Source: Octopus vulgaris (lineage: Eukaryota). From it: DNA of 64,000 nt. The notes below the pieces were generated by a model, which was given only the letters and a program-made list of their open reading frames with translations, was not told the origin of the DNA and made no database searches. The stretch is taken from NCBI GenBank assembly GCA_951406725.2, contig OX597815.1, positions 65,410,001 to 65,474,000 of the forward strand, written 5' to 3'. The stretch's first letter is position 1. The number at the start of each line of letters is the position of its first letter. Made by a program: the position numbers and the translations under genes. Positions 41,205 through 55,779 of the stretch are shown here, in pieces.

Positions 41205-41415
41205 AATTGGCAGAATCATTAGCATGCTGGGACAAGATGCTTAACAGCATTTCATCCATTTTAACATTCTGAGTTCAAATTTAGCCGAGGTTGACTTTGT
41301 CTTTCATTCTTTCGGGGTCAAGAAACAAAATCTCAGTCAAGCTCTGTGGGTCTATGTAATCAACTTACCTCCTCCCCTGAAATTGCTGGCCTTGTGCCCA
41401 AAATTTGAAACCTTG
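41205..41415 (+). mobile_element. Meta/MESC-like SINE
   Basis: tggcagaatcattagc...gagttcaaat...gaggttgactttgtctttcattctttcggggtc. Confidence 0.7.
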
Positions 41416-42308
41416 TATATTTCTGATGTGTCTGACCCATGTATTATTGAAACAATTGTAATGAAGGAATATATAATACGCATCCATTTCCAAGTAAGTT
41501 TATCTTAATAATTTTTATGTGACTCTACCCTGTACTGTTCTCTCTTCCTTTCTCTAATTCTTTTTTCTCCCCTTCACCGTTTTCTATCTGTCTGTCTGCC
41601 TCTCTCTCTCCCTCTTCCTTCTTTACTCTCTTGTTGCTCACATGTGACCATCCTCCATATTTCTTTTCCTCACGTGATCATCTTTCTTTTCCTTCAGTCT
41701 GTCGCACAGACCTAGACACGTTCTTATCTGTCTCCTCTCCTATCTTTTCTCTTGTCAAAGAATATTCCTCCAGCATTTCCTGCCTTACCTCATCACCCTA
41801 ATGGCCCTCCATGTTTGTTTTCATTTGGTTTGTTGCATGTCTCCACCGGCTTGTTTTTGTTATCAACTTTGACCCTCCACAAAACCCCAAATTTTTTTTG
41901 GTTTGCGGGAGCAACTGTTTCTCGAAGCCTCATACTGTTGTTAATTCCTCAAAATGTGGAGTAGATGAACAGTCGACAACTGATGAAGGGTCATTCTTTA
42001 TGTTACTTGTCTTGTTTTCCATTTGTTTCTCTCATTGTTCGCATACCTTAGTTTGCCTTCGTATTTCATTTTGTTTACGTTTTGTGACATCCTGTACCCA
42101 TATATGCATATATATATATATATACATATATATATATGTATGTATATCTGCATAAATATATCCTATATATATATATCTATATATATAATTAAATAATGGG
42201 GCTAGAAATTAATATCAATCAACATCAATTTTAACCAGTGGTCTAGCATATATATATATATATACATACATACATACATACATACATACATACATACATA
42301 CATACACA

Positions 42309-42404
<96 letters not shown>

Positions 42405-42414
42405 TACATACATG

Positions 42415-42785
42415 ATGATGATGACGGCTGCCCCCTCGTTATCGAGTATGGCCATTGGATGAAGCTTAACTGTTATTGGTGCTGTGATCGAATGTGACTT
42501 TTTAGCTCAGCTAAAGATCTACAATGTTTTGTATAGAATTGGCAACTAAAAACTTTATCGGTAATAGCCGGCTGTAGTTGCAACTGGGATTCATGTACCT
42601 TTGCATGTCGTTTAAGTCCTCCTGCCGAATTGCACTCTCTTCCACATTCCCGACAGATATGATTAGTATGGTGTGTTACACCACCACCAGTGGCCAGGTT
42701 GTCACTCATCTGTCTTGCTTTATGACTACGAAGATGACTCTTGAGTCCAGCTTTACTGAGGCAGGGTCTTGCACAGACACTGCAT
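42415..42785 (-). mobile_element. RTE/BovB-like 3' end encoding three C2H2-like zinc fingers
   Basis: CSVC..LKSHLRSH, CREC..LKRHAKVH and CQFY..LKSHIRSQH, then a stop and the tail atggccatactcgataacgagggggcagccg(tca)n. Confidence 0.6.
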
Positions 42786-42841
42786 GCATCCATCCATACA
42801 TACATCCATCCATCCATCCATACATACATACATACATACAT

Positions 42842-42874
<33 letters not shown>

Positions 42875-44813
42875 TACCTACATACATACATACAATGGGT
42901 AACAAAATGCTAGTGTAAACACCAGATTAATACTTGGAAAGTCTAAAATACTTCTACAGAAGAGTTGGCTCTGAATCGAGAACTGTGCATGTTAAGCATA
43001 TAATAAAGAGATGAAGCGATGGAACAACACTTACATATATAAGATATTATATCACTGGTATCATTTATAAAAGATGTTACACAAATATAACCCTAAATGT
43101 TTCCACACACATACATACATGATATGCTTACTTCTGTTAGTGTATGTGTGTGCAATGCTATGAATTTCAATTGGGTTTGGATAACAGCTGTACCTCTCTT
43201 TCTCTCCCTCCCTCCATCTCTTCTCTCTTTCTTTCATCACTCTATCCTCCTCCTTCTTCCCAACATGCTATTCCCAATGAAAGTTAAATATAGCCAAAAT
43301 CTAAACCAGGCCATCTTCTATTACAACCACCTTTCCACTCAAATAGGTCACCACAAGATGTTTGCTTGTTACATGATCTGCTTGATTGTGATGGTGGTGG
43401 TGGCAATGGTGATGATGGTTGTATTGTACTAAGAACAAATAGTTAAGTATCAGCTAATATTTATACAATGTAGTGGTGCAACCAAAATAGCTATTCAATC
43501 GATTAAAAATTACAGCCAAATTGAAAAGTAAAGTCATTGGTGGCAGGGGCGGAGACAGGATACATTTTGTAGTTTTGTTGGGGACCAACATCACCTCATT
43601 CCTTAGTTAGAACTTCATAGTTTCTGTTGTTTTACCATTTATCTTGCTGAAATACACTGCTTTTGTTTCACTTAATTTTGAAAAATACTGAAGAATTTAG
43701 GAAAATTACACTGTCATTATTAAGCTGCTTGCTGCTTCATGTTCTTGCTTGATAGGGTTGGGGTCATCCTTGGTTAGTGGTCCCAGAGACATCATGTGTA
43801 GACTCAACCAGGTCCACCAGTGCTTTCTATCACTGGCGGTTCCATACCAGCCCCTCTGCATCCTATTTGATTTCCCTCATGGATCTGGCCTTGTTCCATA
43901 GATCTGAAAGACCATTACTGTCTGGAGCTTTGCTCCTAGTAGGGCCATCCTAGGCAAGCTGCTCTCCCAGGGATGCTCCAAACTAACAGTGACCATGCCC
44001 AAGCTTCATGTCTGTTTTCACATGCTTTCTGTAATTGGATGCTCTTCCTAATACCAACCACTTTACAGTGTGTACTGGGTGCTTTTACATAGCACTGGCA
44101 CAGTTGCGTTTATGTGGCACAAGCACCCATGAGCCCACAAGGTTAGGAACTCAAAGCCGGAGAGGGATGTAAGGGACACGTCTGTATGCAAGGACAACCA
44201 TGATTTTACTTGGCTTGACATATCTTCCCAATTACAGCAAACCACCAGAAGTCTTGGTTTCCTGTCATTCCCTCTATGAGGTCCAACTTCTGAAGATCCT
44301 TTCTCACTACTTTGTCCACGTCTTCCTGGGTCTGACCATGAGAGGACCAAGTGAAAAGAAAAGATGATAGACCAGCTCTCAATAGGGCATGTCCCTGGTT
44401 ATTAAAGTTTGTCTGATCTGCTGCTGGGGTTAGTTACTAGATTGATATGATTGTCAGGTGGAAGTATTGTACAGTTGTCTGAAAGGAGGGGACACATGAA
44501 TAAACTAGAACATCTTAACTACTTTAGGTTGAAACTGAGTTGCTTTTAATCAGTACATTCATTTATTGCTAAGACCCATCATGTGAGGTCACAAGATGCA
44601 CTCACTGTTTGCTGATGCACAAATATAGTGTGAGTCAAACAGGAAAACTTCCTGTGCTGAAGACAGATGTTACCATATTTCATGGTGCATATGTTTCCTA
44701 TATCTGATTTCTGACTAAACTTGGTCAAGCATCTGTCTAAAAATACAAGTCAGGTACAAAAACAAAAATAAATTCAATACAAATACAGCTTTCAGCTGTG
44801 ACTATTCCACCGC

Positions 44814-45022
44814 TTAATGCTTAATCTTAATCCTTAACTCTAAACCCAGTCCTAACCCCCAACCTTAATCCAGCTCTAACTCCTAAGTGTAATCCAGCCT
44901 TAACCCTAAGTTCAACCCTAAATCCTAGTCAGAAGCCCAGTGCTACCCTAACTCTTAACCAAGTCCAAACCCTAAGCCCAGCCCTAACCCTAAAATCTGA
45001 TTCCTAACCTTTAAGCCCTAAT
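44814..45022. repeat. Degenerate (CCCTAA)n-like hexamer tract
   Basis: About 210 bp of ccctaa/cctaac/ccctaag/cttaat variants. Confidence 0.75.
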
Positions 45023-45089
45023 CAATTCTTTGTTACAGGTTATATTAAATTAGGCATTTGTTTCCAAGCTAATTAATATTTCTTTATGG

Positions 45090-45918
45090 CTAGGCATGAG
45101 TGACAAAGAATATTATTCGCACAATGACAGAGAGATTGGAATGGGAGGCAGCCAAGATCGAACTCCATGTAAGTGCAAACAAGATGAAGATCATGAAGAT
45201 TGGATATGTCGATGGGAACAACAACGACATCCCCTTGATGATTGGACAACACCAAATCAAGGAAGTTGATGGGTTCACCTATTTGGGCAGCGTCGTGGCC
45301 AACAACAGAGACACCGAACACAACGTTGCCTGCTGGATTGGGAAGGCCTTGGCTGTCTTTCAAAGACTCAAACTTATCTGGGCAGGCAAGGTGATCTCCA
45401 CCAAGACCAAAGTGCGCTTCTTCAACAGCATCATCATACCATCAGCAATATACGTGGTGGATTGTCATACCATCAGCAATACATGCGGCGGATACATAGA
45501 AGACATCAGCAAAGATCACATGAAGGCTCAGTGTATTTCAGCTATGATGCCTCCAGCAGATACTGTGAATATCATACCAAGACCACATCACCAATGATGA
45601 GATACATCAGTGAACTGATAGCTGTCCACTCTATGACGTTGTTACTGAGTGCCGCTTGTGATTTACAGGCCATGTCCTCCGATTACCATTATCACAGCAT
45701 GCGAAAACTGCCATTCTCTGGAAGCCACTGGATGGCAAGAGAAAACAAGGGTGACCAAAAGCAACTTGGTGCCACACTTTCATCGATGACCTCAAAGCCA
45801 TTGACATTTCATGGAATGAAGCTGAAATCGCCGTAGCCGACCGACTACGTTGGAGAAGCCTTGCTGTCCAATGCGCCACATGGCACAGGAGAACCTAATA
45901 ATAAGAATAAGAATATAA
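45090..45918 (+). mobile_element. 5'-truncated RTE LINE with (AATAAG)n tail
   Basis: IKEVDGFTYLGSVV...IGKALAVFQRLKLIW..ISTKTKVRFFNSIIIP; tail aataataagaataagaat. Confidence 0.85.
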
Positions 45919-46286
45919 GTTAGTGCTTCTTTCTTAGATGTGGTATTCATCAAAATTAAAGGGCAAGGTGTGACAAGGATTTATGGGAAGGGACATCATG
46001 CAAATTTGTAAATGTTGTCAAGTTCTGTGGCAGATATGTATTGTAATTTCTTGGATTGGTGTGTGGTCTTTAGAAATGAGACATCAACATTGTTTAGTTG
46101 TCATTCTGTGACCACTTGCAAACACATTGCTGCTGTTTACACAGATAAAACCTGTTAATAACAGTAAGAACAGTGTGTTGTTGGACAGAATGCGAGCTTT
46201 TGCTTTATTATTACTCATCTCCCGGATATGAAGAAAAAACTTAGTTTCTGTAAAGCATTTTGTCTGTTTACTTCCTGTATGATGTC

Positions 46287-46324
<38 letters not shown>

Positions 46325-47734
46325 TATGAGAGAGAGAGAGAGCATGTGGATGTAAGCATGTGTTTTCCTGTCTATAAATATATATTTGTTTAATATTGTC
46401 ATGTCACAGAATGTTTGTACATACATATGTATGAGTGTATACACAACTGCATGAATATCGTCATATCATTGGATGTTTTTATATATATATATGGGTGTGT
46501 GTATATATATATATATATATATATGAATGTATATACAGTTGTGTTCAAAAGCATTAATCAACGAACAATTGTTTTCTTGAACTGGTCTCAGTTATGTGTG
46601 TGCTCATCATTACATGTTTATGTATGTATGAATATATATACATACATAGACAAATCAAAAATAAAGACAAAAACAGGAAAAGCAACAAAAGTCAAAAGGA
46701 CATACACAGCGAATGTATTAGGTTGACGTTCAGAGAAAGTTTAAGTTGGATAAAAGGAGTGGTGGTGGTAGAGGGTGGGGGTACATTTCGAGCATGGTTT
46801 TTTGCCGGAAAGAGGAAAATGTCCAAAGAGAAAGAAAAGAAAGTCTGAGAAAAGCATGTGTCATTACATGACTGATCTTTTTATCTTTTTAGTTATTTCA
46901 GTCATTTGATTGTGGCCATGCTGGGGCACTGCCTTGAAGAAATTTTAGTCAAATGAATTGACCCCAGTACTTATTTTTTTTCTTTTTAGCCTAGTATTTA
47001 TTCTGTCAGTCTATTTGGCCAAACTGCTAAGTTACTTGGATGTAAAACACCAACACTGGTTGTCAAGTGGTGGAGAGGGACAAACAGACACATATACAAC
47101 AGGTTTCTTTCAGTTTCCGTCTAGCAAATCTATTTGTGAGGCTTTGGTTGGTCTGAGGTTTTAGTAAAAGACACCTTGCTCAAGGTGCCACAAGATTCTG
47201 TCTCTTGTCTTCTGCTTTTGTTAAAATATCATTCAACCACTTTATTATTTGCTTATTACATGATCTGCTTGATTGTGATGCTGGTGATAGTGGTGGTGGT
47301 GGTGGTGGTGGTGGAGTGGCAATGGTGGTGATGGTTATAGTGTACTAAGAACAAATAGTTAAGTATTAGCTAATATTTATACAATGTAGTAGTGCAACCA
47401 AAATAAATATTCAATTGATTAAAAATTACAGCCAAATTGAAAAGTAAACACTGGTTGTCAATTGGTGGTTTAGAGACAAATACATACACACACACATCAT
47501 GCTTCTTTCAGTTTCTGTCTAGCAAATCCACTCATGAGGCTTTGGTTGGCCTGAGGTTTAAGTAAAAGACACTTGCCCAAGGTGCCATGCATTGAGTATG
47601 AACCTGGTATTTTATGGTTGAGAAGCAAAATTCTGACCACACAGCCATGCCTGCACTATATATAATAGTGTTCAAGTATGGTCTCAGCCTCTGGCTGAAA
47701 CTAGGAAAAGGAAAAATATGTATATATTTCTTTA

Positions 47735-47957
47735 CTACCCACAAGGGGCTAAAGACAGAGGGGACAAACAAGGACAGACAAAGGGATTAAGTCAATTACA
47801 TCGACCTCAGTGCGTAACTGGTACTTAATTTATTGACCCCGAAAGGATGAAAGGCAAAGTCGACCTTGGCGGAATTTGAACTCAGAACATAACGACAGAC
47901 AAAATACGGCTACGCATTTTGCCCAGCATGCTAATGTTTCTGCCATCTCGCCGCCTT
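47735..47957 (-). mobile_element. Well-preserved Meta/MESC-like SINE
   Basis: Minus strand ggcggcgagatggcagaaac...gttcaaattccgccaaggtcgactttgcctttcatcctttcggggtc. Confidence 0.8.
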
Positions 47958-48364
47958 AAAGGAAAAATATGTATACACATAATATATATGAGTATATGTA
48001 TAAATATGTGTGGTGAAATGTTAAAGGCATCCACGCCGGTCACATGTTAGAGGCACCTGTGCCAGTGTTAAAGGCACCCAGCATACTCTGTAAAGTGGTT
48101 GGCATTAGGGAGGGTATCCAGCTGTAGATACAAAGCCAAAACAAATTGGAGCCTGGTGCAGCTCTCCAACTTACCAGTTCCAGCCAAACCATCTAACCCA
48201 TGCCTGCATGGAAAATGGATGCTAAGTGCTGATGATGATGCAGAATGTTTAGGCTAAATTTGACAGCTTACATAAAAGGAAAAGAAAACATAATATCCAT
48301 TCCAAAAATAAAAGTATTTTAAAAAAACAAAAAAAAAAATCAACTAGATTATGGCTGGGAGATA

Positions 48365-48830
48365 ATAGTTCACTCAAATTAACCACCCTCAGCTGCCACT
48401 TTGGCCTCGAGATGACTCAGGAACCTGGCGTATGTGTTCCTCACTGTGTTCTTTGGAAGATCTTCGAACATCTTGATCTTGGCCACCAGCTTGATTTTGG
48501 AGTTGCAGGCAGAGTGGTTGGTGTCTTTTTCAACCACACCCTGCACATAGTAAACCATTGGATCACAGTCAGGTGAATTAGAAGGCTAGAGATTGGGGCT
48601 GGTGAAGTTGTAGAAATTCTCCAACAACCACTTCCAAATCTTTCCAGAGATTTGGCAAGGAACCAAATCCTGCTACCTTGCATATGACCTTCCAGCAACA
48701 ACTCTCTCCAGCCAGGGATTGACCACAGTCTAGCAGCTTCACATAGCCATCTGAATTGAGACTAAGGCCGTGTTCACCAGTTGTTGCACAAATTCCAGCA
48801 TGTGGGCACAGACAAGTTGCCTGCTGTATC
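48365..48830 (-). mobile_element. Tc1/mariner-superfamily (maT-like) transposase fragment
   Basis: Minus strand VVNPWLERVVAG..QDLVPC..WLLENFYNFTSPNL*PSNSPDCDPMVYYVQG, a decayed QD...WPPNSPDLNP.DY catalytic region. Confidence 0.75.
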
Positions 48831-49339
48831 ACACTGGCCATGTCTTCATAGTCTTCAAAGCCTTGTGAGTGGATTTGGTATACTGAAACAAGCCCATCGT
48901 GTGTGAGTGTGTGTACCATGTGCACCTTTGTCTCTCCAGCCTCACTTGATGGTTGTAAATGACCTTTATCCTCATACAAGAAATATGTTTGTTTCCAGTC
49001 TTCTGTGAAAAGCATGTCTGGTCATGAGGAAATTTTACCTTACTTGGAAACAATTGAGGGTTGGTGACAAGAAGAGCATCCAACCATATAAAATCTACCT
49101 CAATAGATTGTTTGACCCATACAAGCATTAGAAAGTGGATGTTAAATGATAATGGTATAAATCTTGAGGTTAGATGCAGTTTGAGTGTATTTTGAGAGTG
49201 AATGTTACTTTACAGGTTATTTGGGATTAATCTTAGTCAAATCTTTCCCTATAGTCAGAAAATATTTTGTGAACCCCCTTCAATGTATGATGAGCTTTGA
49301 TAGTAAACAGATGGCAGTAGAGGTTAATGTAGTGAGTGA

Positions 49340-50373
49340 TTAACAAACCAGGAGGGTACTGCTGTTTTGTGCTACACTGTTATTACTAAGAGCCTCCTCT
49401 AATATGTGGCACTTGGTGAAGAATGGAGTTTGATATAGCTACCCTCATTTGCACCTCTTGCCGTGAGGTAGGTTCATCTGGGACTCTCGACAGGAAGATG
49501 TCCAGCTATGATTTAAAAACCGCTACATCTACTTTGTGCAAGTTCCTCAGACTCTTTGAGAGAATATTAAAAAGCTGTGGGCCCTTGAAACCCAGGCTGT
49601 TGCAGTAGCTGGTCCTGAAGCATGATGGCATTGCTGGGATCTTTGGCACTATGCAGTGTCGTCCCGTTCTAGCATTGGTGTAGCTTACACTGCCAAAATT
49701 TGGCACAATTCCTTCCAGGATCTTCCAGATATATATTACTGCATACCTCTCCCGTCTTCTCTCCAGGGAGTAGAGTCTTAGCTGTTTCAACCTTTCCCAG
49801 TAGCTGAGCTGTTGCAAAGAGACAATCTTCTTTGTGAATCTTCTCTTGATTGCTTCAAGGTCCGCTGTTAATTTCACACTGGTGGGTGACCATAGCTGTG
49901 AGCAGTAATCCATGCGGCTGAAGACGAATGTCCGCCAGAGGACCATCATGGTTTCCTTATCTCTGGTTCTGAATGTTCTTAGGATCCAGCCAGCCAGTCG
50001 TCTGCACTTTGTCGCCATCCTGGTAATGTTCACTTGGAAAGAGGTATCATCACTCATGTCAATACCCAAGTCCCTCACAGACTTAGGCTCTGGGATTGAA
50101 ATTCCCTGTGTACCGGTGTACCCTGTAAGTTTAATATTCAGTTTTGGATGCTGGTAGTGCAGGGCCAGGAATTTTTCAGCATTAAACTGCATATTATTAT
50201 CCTCAGCCCATCTGTAGATTGAGTCCAACTTCTGCTGCAGGTGTGCAACATCGCTAGGGTTCTGTATTTTCTAGGAGACTTTCGTATCGTCTGCATAGCT
50301 TGCCAGAGTGGCTATCCGGGCATTTGAGGGCATATCTAAGAGGGCCACTATAAAAAGCAGTGGTCCCAAGACT
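49340..50373 (-). mobile_element. CR1-group LINE, 5'-truncated
   Basis: VLGPLLF..LASYADDTK, then ORF 49506-50228 (WAEDNNMQFNAEKF...RDLGI...MDYCSQLWSP...SLERRRERY). Confidence 0.9.
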
Positions 50374-50377
50374 ATAA

Positions 50378-50474
<97 letters not shown>

Positions 50475-50519
50475 AATATTTATGTATATTTATATATATA
50501 ATATTTATATATATAAACT

Positions 50520-51253
50520 TAGACTTAGATAAACTTTGATGTGTTTCGACCAAAGATTGGTCCAGGCCATGTCTAACTTAATAGCACCACCTGATAGGAT
50601 TATCTAAATCCTGTTTAAGTCAAGTTTTGTTTGTGGTCCATTTAAGTAGTGAGTTGTATCCAATTATGGGTGGCTCATCTGATATTCCTTGAAAGAATCT
50701 ATCCAGACTCCATTTAAAGTTGATGGGATCCTTTTCCTCTTTGATATCTTTTGGGACAATGTTAAATAGGGCAGGGCCTGTTGAGGAAAAGAAATTATGT
50801 TGCAGTGTACATATATGCTGTGATCCTGAATTGGGCAGGGGACATATGGCCTGTGGTCCCAGTCTTGGATGGACCTTGAAGCTAATGTTCAGGTCGTTTG
50901 GGCAAAGTTGGCAGTATATTCTCCACATCGTGCAAATGATGTACTGCTCACGGCGGCGCTGGAGAGAGTAGAGTTTCAAGGCTTTAAGGCGGTCCCAATA
51001 ATCGAGAGCAGCCATGCCTTCAATTCGTTTAGTGAGTGCTCTCTGGGGTGATTCAATCCTCGAGATGTTTTGTCTTGTATGGGGAGACCACAGTGGGCAG
51101 CAGTATTCGAGGTGTGGCCGTACAAAGGAGGAGAAAAGTGGTATGATGACACCTTGTTCTCTGGACCGGAAGGTTCTTAAGATCCAGGAACTCATCCTAC
51201 GAGCTATATTGACCTTATTGTTGATGTGGGCACTCCAACTGAGATTGTCATCA

Positions 51254-51254
<1 letters not shown>
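50520..51254 (-). mobile_element. CR1-group LINE 3' end, copy 1 (second family)
   Basis: ORF 50620-51195 (WILRTF..VRPHLEYCCPLWSP..SLQRRRE), same as 51489-52064. Confidence 0.9.
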
Positions 51255-51343
<89 letters not shown>

Positions 51344-51388
51344 AATATTTATGTATATTTATATATATAATATTTATATATATAAACT

Positions 51389-52579
51389 TAGACTTAGATA
51401 AACTTTGATGTGTTTCGACCAAAGATTGGTCCAGGCCATGTCTAACTTAATAGCACCACCTGATAGGATTATCTAAATCCTGTTTAAGTCAAGTTTTGTT
51501 TGTGGTCCATTTAAGTAGTGAGTTGTATCCAATTATGGGTGGCTCATCTGATATTCCTTGAAAGAATCTATCCAGACTCCATTTAAAGTTGATGGGATCC
51601 TTTTCCTCTTTGATATCTTTTGGGACAATGTTAAATAGGGCAGGGCCTGTTGAGGAAAAGAAATTATGTTGCAGTGTACATATATGCTGTGATCCTGAAT
51701 TGGGCAGGGGACATATGGCCTGTGGTCCCAGTCTTGGATGGACCTTGAAGCTAATGTTCAGGTCGTTTGGGCAAAGTTGGCAGTATATTCTCCACATCGT
51801 GCAAATGATGTACTGCTCACGGCGGCGCTGGAGAGAGTAGAGTTTCAAGGCTTTAAGGCGGTCCCAATAATCGAGAGCAGCCATGCCTTCAATTCGTTTA
51901 GTGAGTGCTCTCTGGGGTGATTCAATCCTCGAGATGTTTTGTCTTGTATGGGGAGACCACAGTGGGCAGCAGTATTCGAGGTGTGGCCGTACAAAGGAGG
52001 AGAAAAGTGGTATGATGACACCTTGTTCTCTGGACCGGAAGGTTCTTAAGATCCAGGAACTCATCCTACGAGCTATATTGACCTTATTGTTGATGTGGGC
52101 ACTCCAACTGAGATTGTCATCAGCAATTACGCCCAGGCTGTGAGTGGTTCCCCTGAAGGAAGAGAGTATGGCTGTTTTAGTGTGAACTTTCTTCCAAAAT
52201 GCATCAGCTCAAATTTTCCCTCGTTCAGTTGCATTTTGTTTTTGTCTGCCCATTGACTCACAGCATATAGATCAGACTGGAGTTGAGTTCGATCTGCTTC
52301 TTCATTGATGATTTGCTGGAGCTTAGTGTCATCAGCAAATATTTTCCCTTTGCAGTAATGTACGACACTGGAAAGTTCGTTTATATAAATTATAAAGAGG
52401 AGCGGGCCCAAGACAGTCCCCTGGGGGACACCACTGGTGACTTTTGCTGCGCTTGAGTGGACTCCATTGACTACAACATGTTGTGTTCTATTCGCCAGGA
52501 AATACTTAATCCAGTGTAGAAGTTTTCAACAGATTCCAACATTTGCCAATTTTGAGAGTAGGATATTATGGTCAACCCT
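51389..52579 (-). mobile_element. CR1-group LINE, copy 2 with longer 5' part
   Basis: RVDHNILLSKL..VTSGVPQGTVLGPLLFIIYIN..FADDTK, then the same 3' ORF as copy 1. Confidence 0.9.
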
Positions 52580-53565
52580 GGCAAAGTTTAGAGAGCTCTT
52601 ACCCCTGCTGGTGACAAAAGGCCTCTCGCTCAGAGTAAAAGGCAGACTGTATGATGCATGTGTACGTACAGCCATGCTACATGGTAGTGAAACATGGGCT
52701 GTGACTGCTGAGGATATGTGTAAGCTCGCAAGAAATGAAGCCAGTATGCTCCGATGGATGTGTAATGTCAGTGTTCATAATCGACAGAGTGTAAGTACCT
52801 TGAGAGAAAAGTTGGACCTAAGAAGCATCAGTTGTGGTGTGCAAGAGAGACATCTGCGCTGGTATGGGCATGTGACGAGAATGGGTGAAGATAGTTGTGT
52901 GCAAAAGTGCCACACCCTAGCAGTTGAGGGAACCTGTGGAAGAGGTAGACCCAGGAAAACCTGGGACGAGGTGGTGAAGCACGACCTTCGAACTTTAGGT
53001 CTCACCAAGGAAATGACTAGAGACCGATACCTATGGAAGTATGCTGTGCGTGAGAAGACCTGGCAAGACCAGTGAGAACAGTCAAAATCAAAATCAAAAT
53101 CAAACCAAATCAAATCAGATATCAGAAAGCAGAACCAAAATTGAGGTCGATCAACATCAGTGGAAATTGCAGCTGTGGTTAAGCGAACCATCCGATCGTG
53201 GTCGTTGCTGGCGCCGCCCCGTCTGGCCTCCGTGCCGGTGGCACGTAAACGCACCATCCGTTCGTGTCCGCTGCCAGCCTCGCCTGGTCCCCATGCCAGT
53301 GGCACGTAAAAGCACCATCCGTTCGTGTCCGCTGCCAGCCTCGCCTGGTCCCCGTGCCGGTGGCACGTAAAGCACCATCCGCTCATGTCCGTTTGCCAGC
53401 TCTGTCTGGCACCTGTGCAGGTGGCACGTAAAAAGCGCCCACTACACTCACGGAGTGGTTGGCGTTAGATATGACTGGGCCTGATGAAGCCTTCCGGCTT
53501 CACTGACCCCAGTTGAACCGTCCAACCCATGCTAGCATGGAAAACGGACGCTAAATGATGATGAT

Positions 53566-53566
<1 letters not shown>
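52576..53566 (+). mobile_element. 5'-truncated RTE LINE (family of 4605-5665)
   Basis: AKFRELLPLLVTKGLSLRVKGRLYDAC...RGRPRKTW open to 53075, then 3' tandem repeats and a (gat)n tail. Confidence 0.9.
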
Positions 53567-55730
<2,164 letters not shown>

Positions 55731-55779
55731 AGAGAGAGAGGGGGGGAGACATACACACACAGACATACCCACAAATCCA

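Noticed and set aside
41900-42110. ctgatgaaggg motif (similar minus-strand motif near 16845)
   Set aside because: Probably PLE-related ends, but there is no downstream GAAA or stems, so no ribozyme is called.
52437-53075. 212-aa ORF as a host gene
   Set aside because: Chance fusion of antisense CR1 sequence with an RTE fragment.
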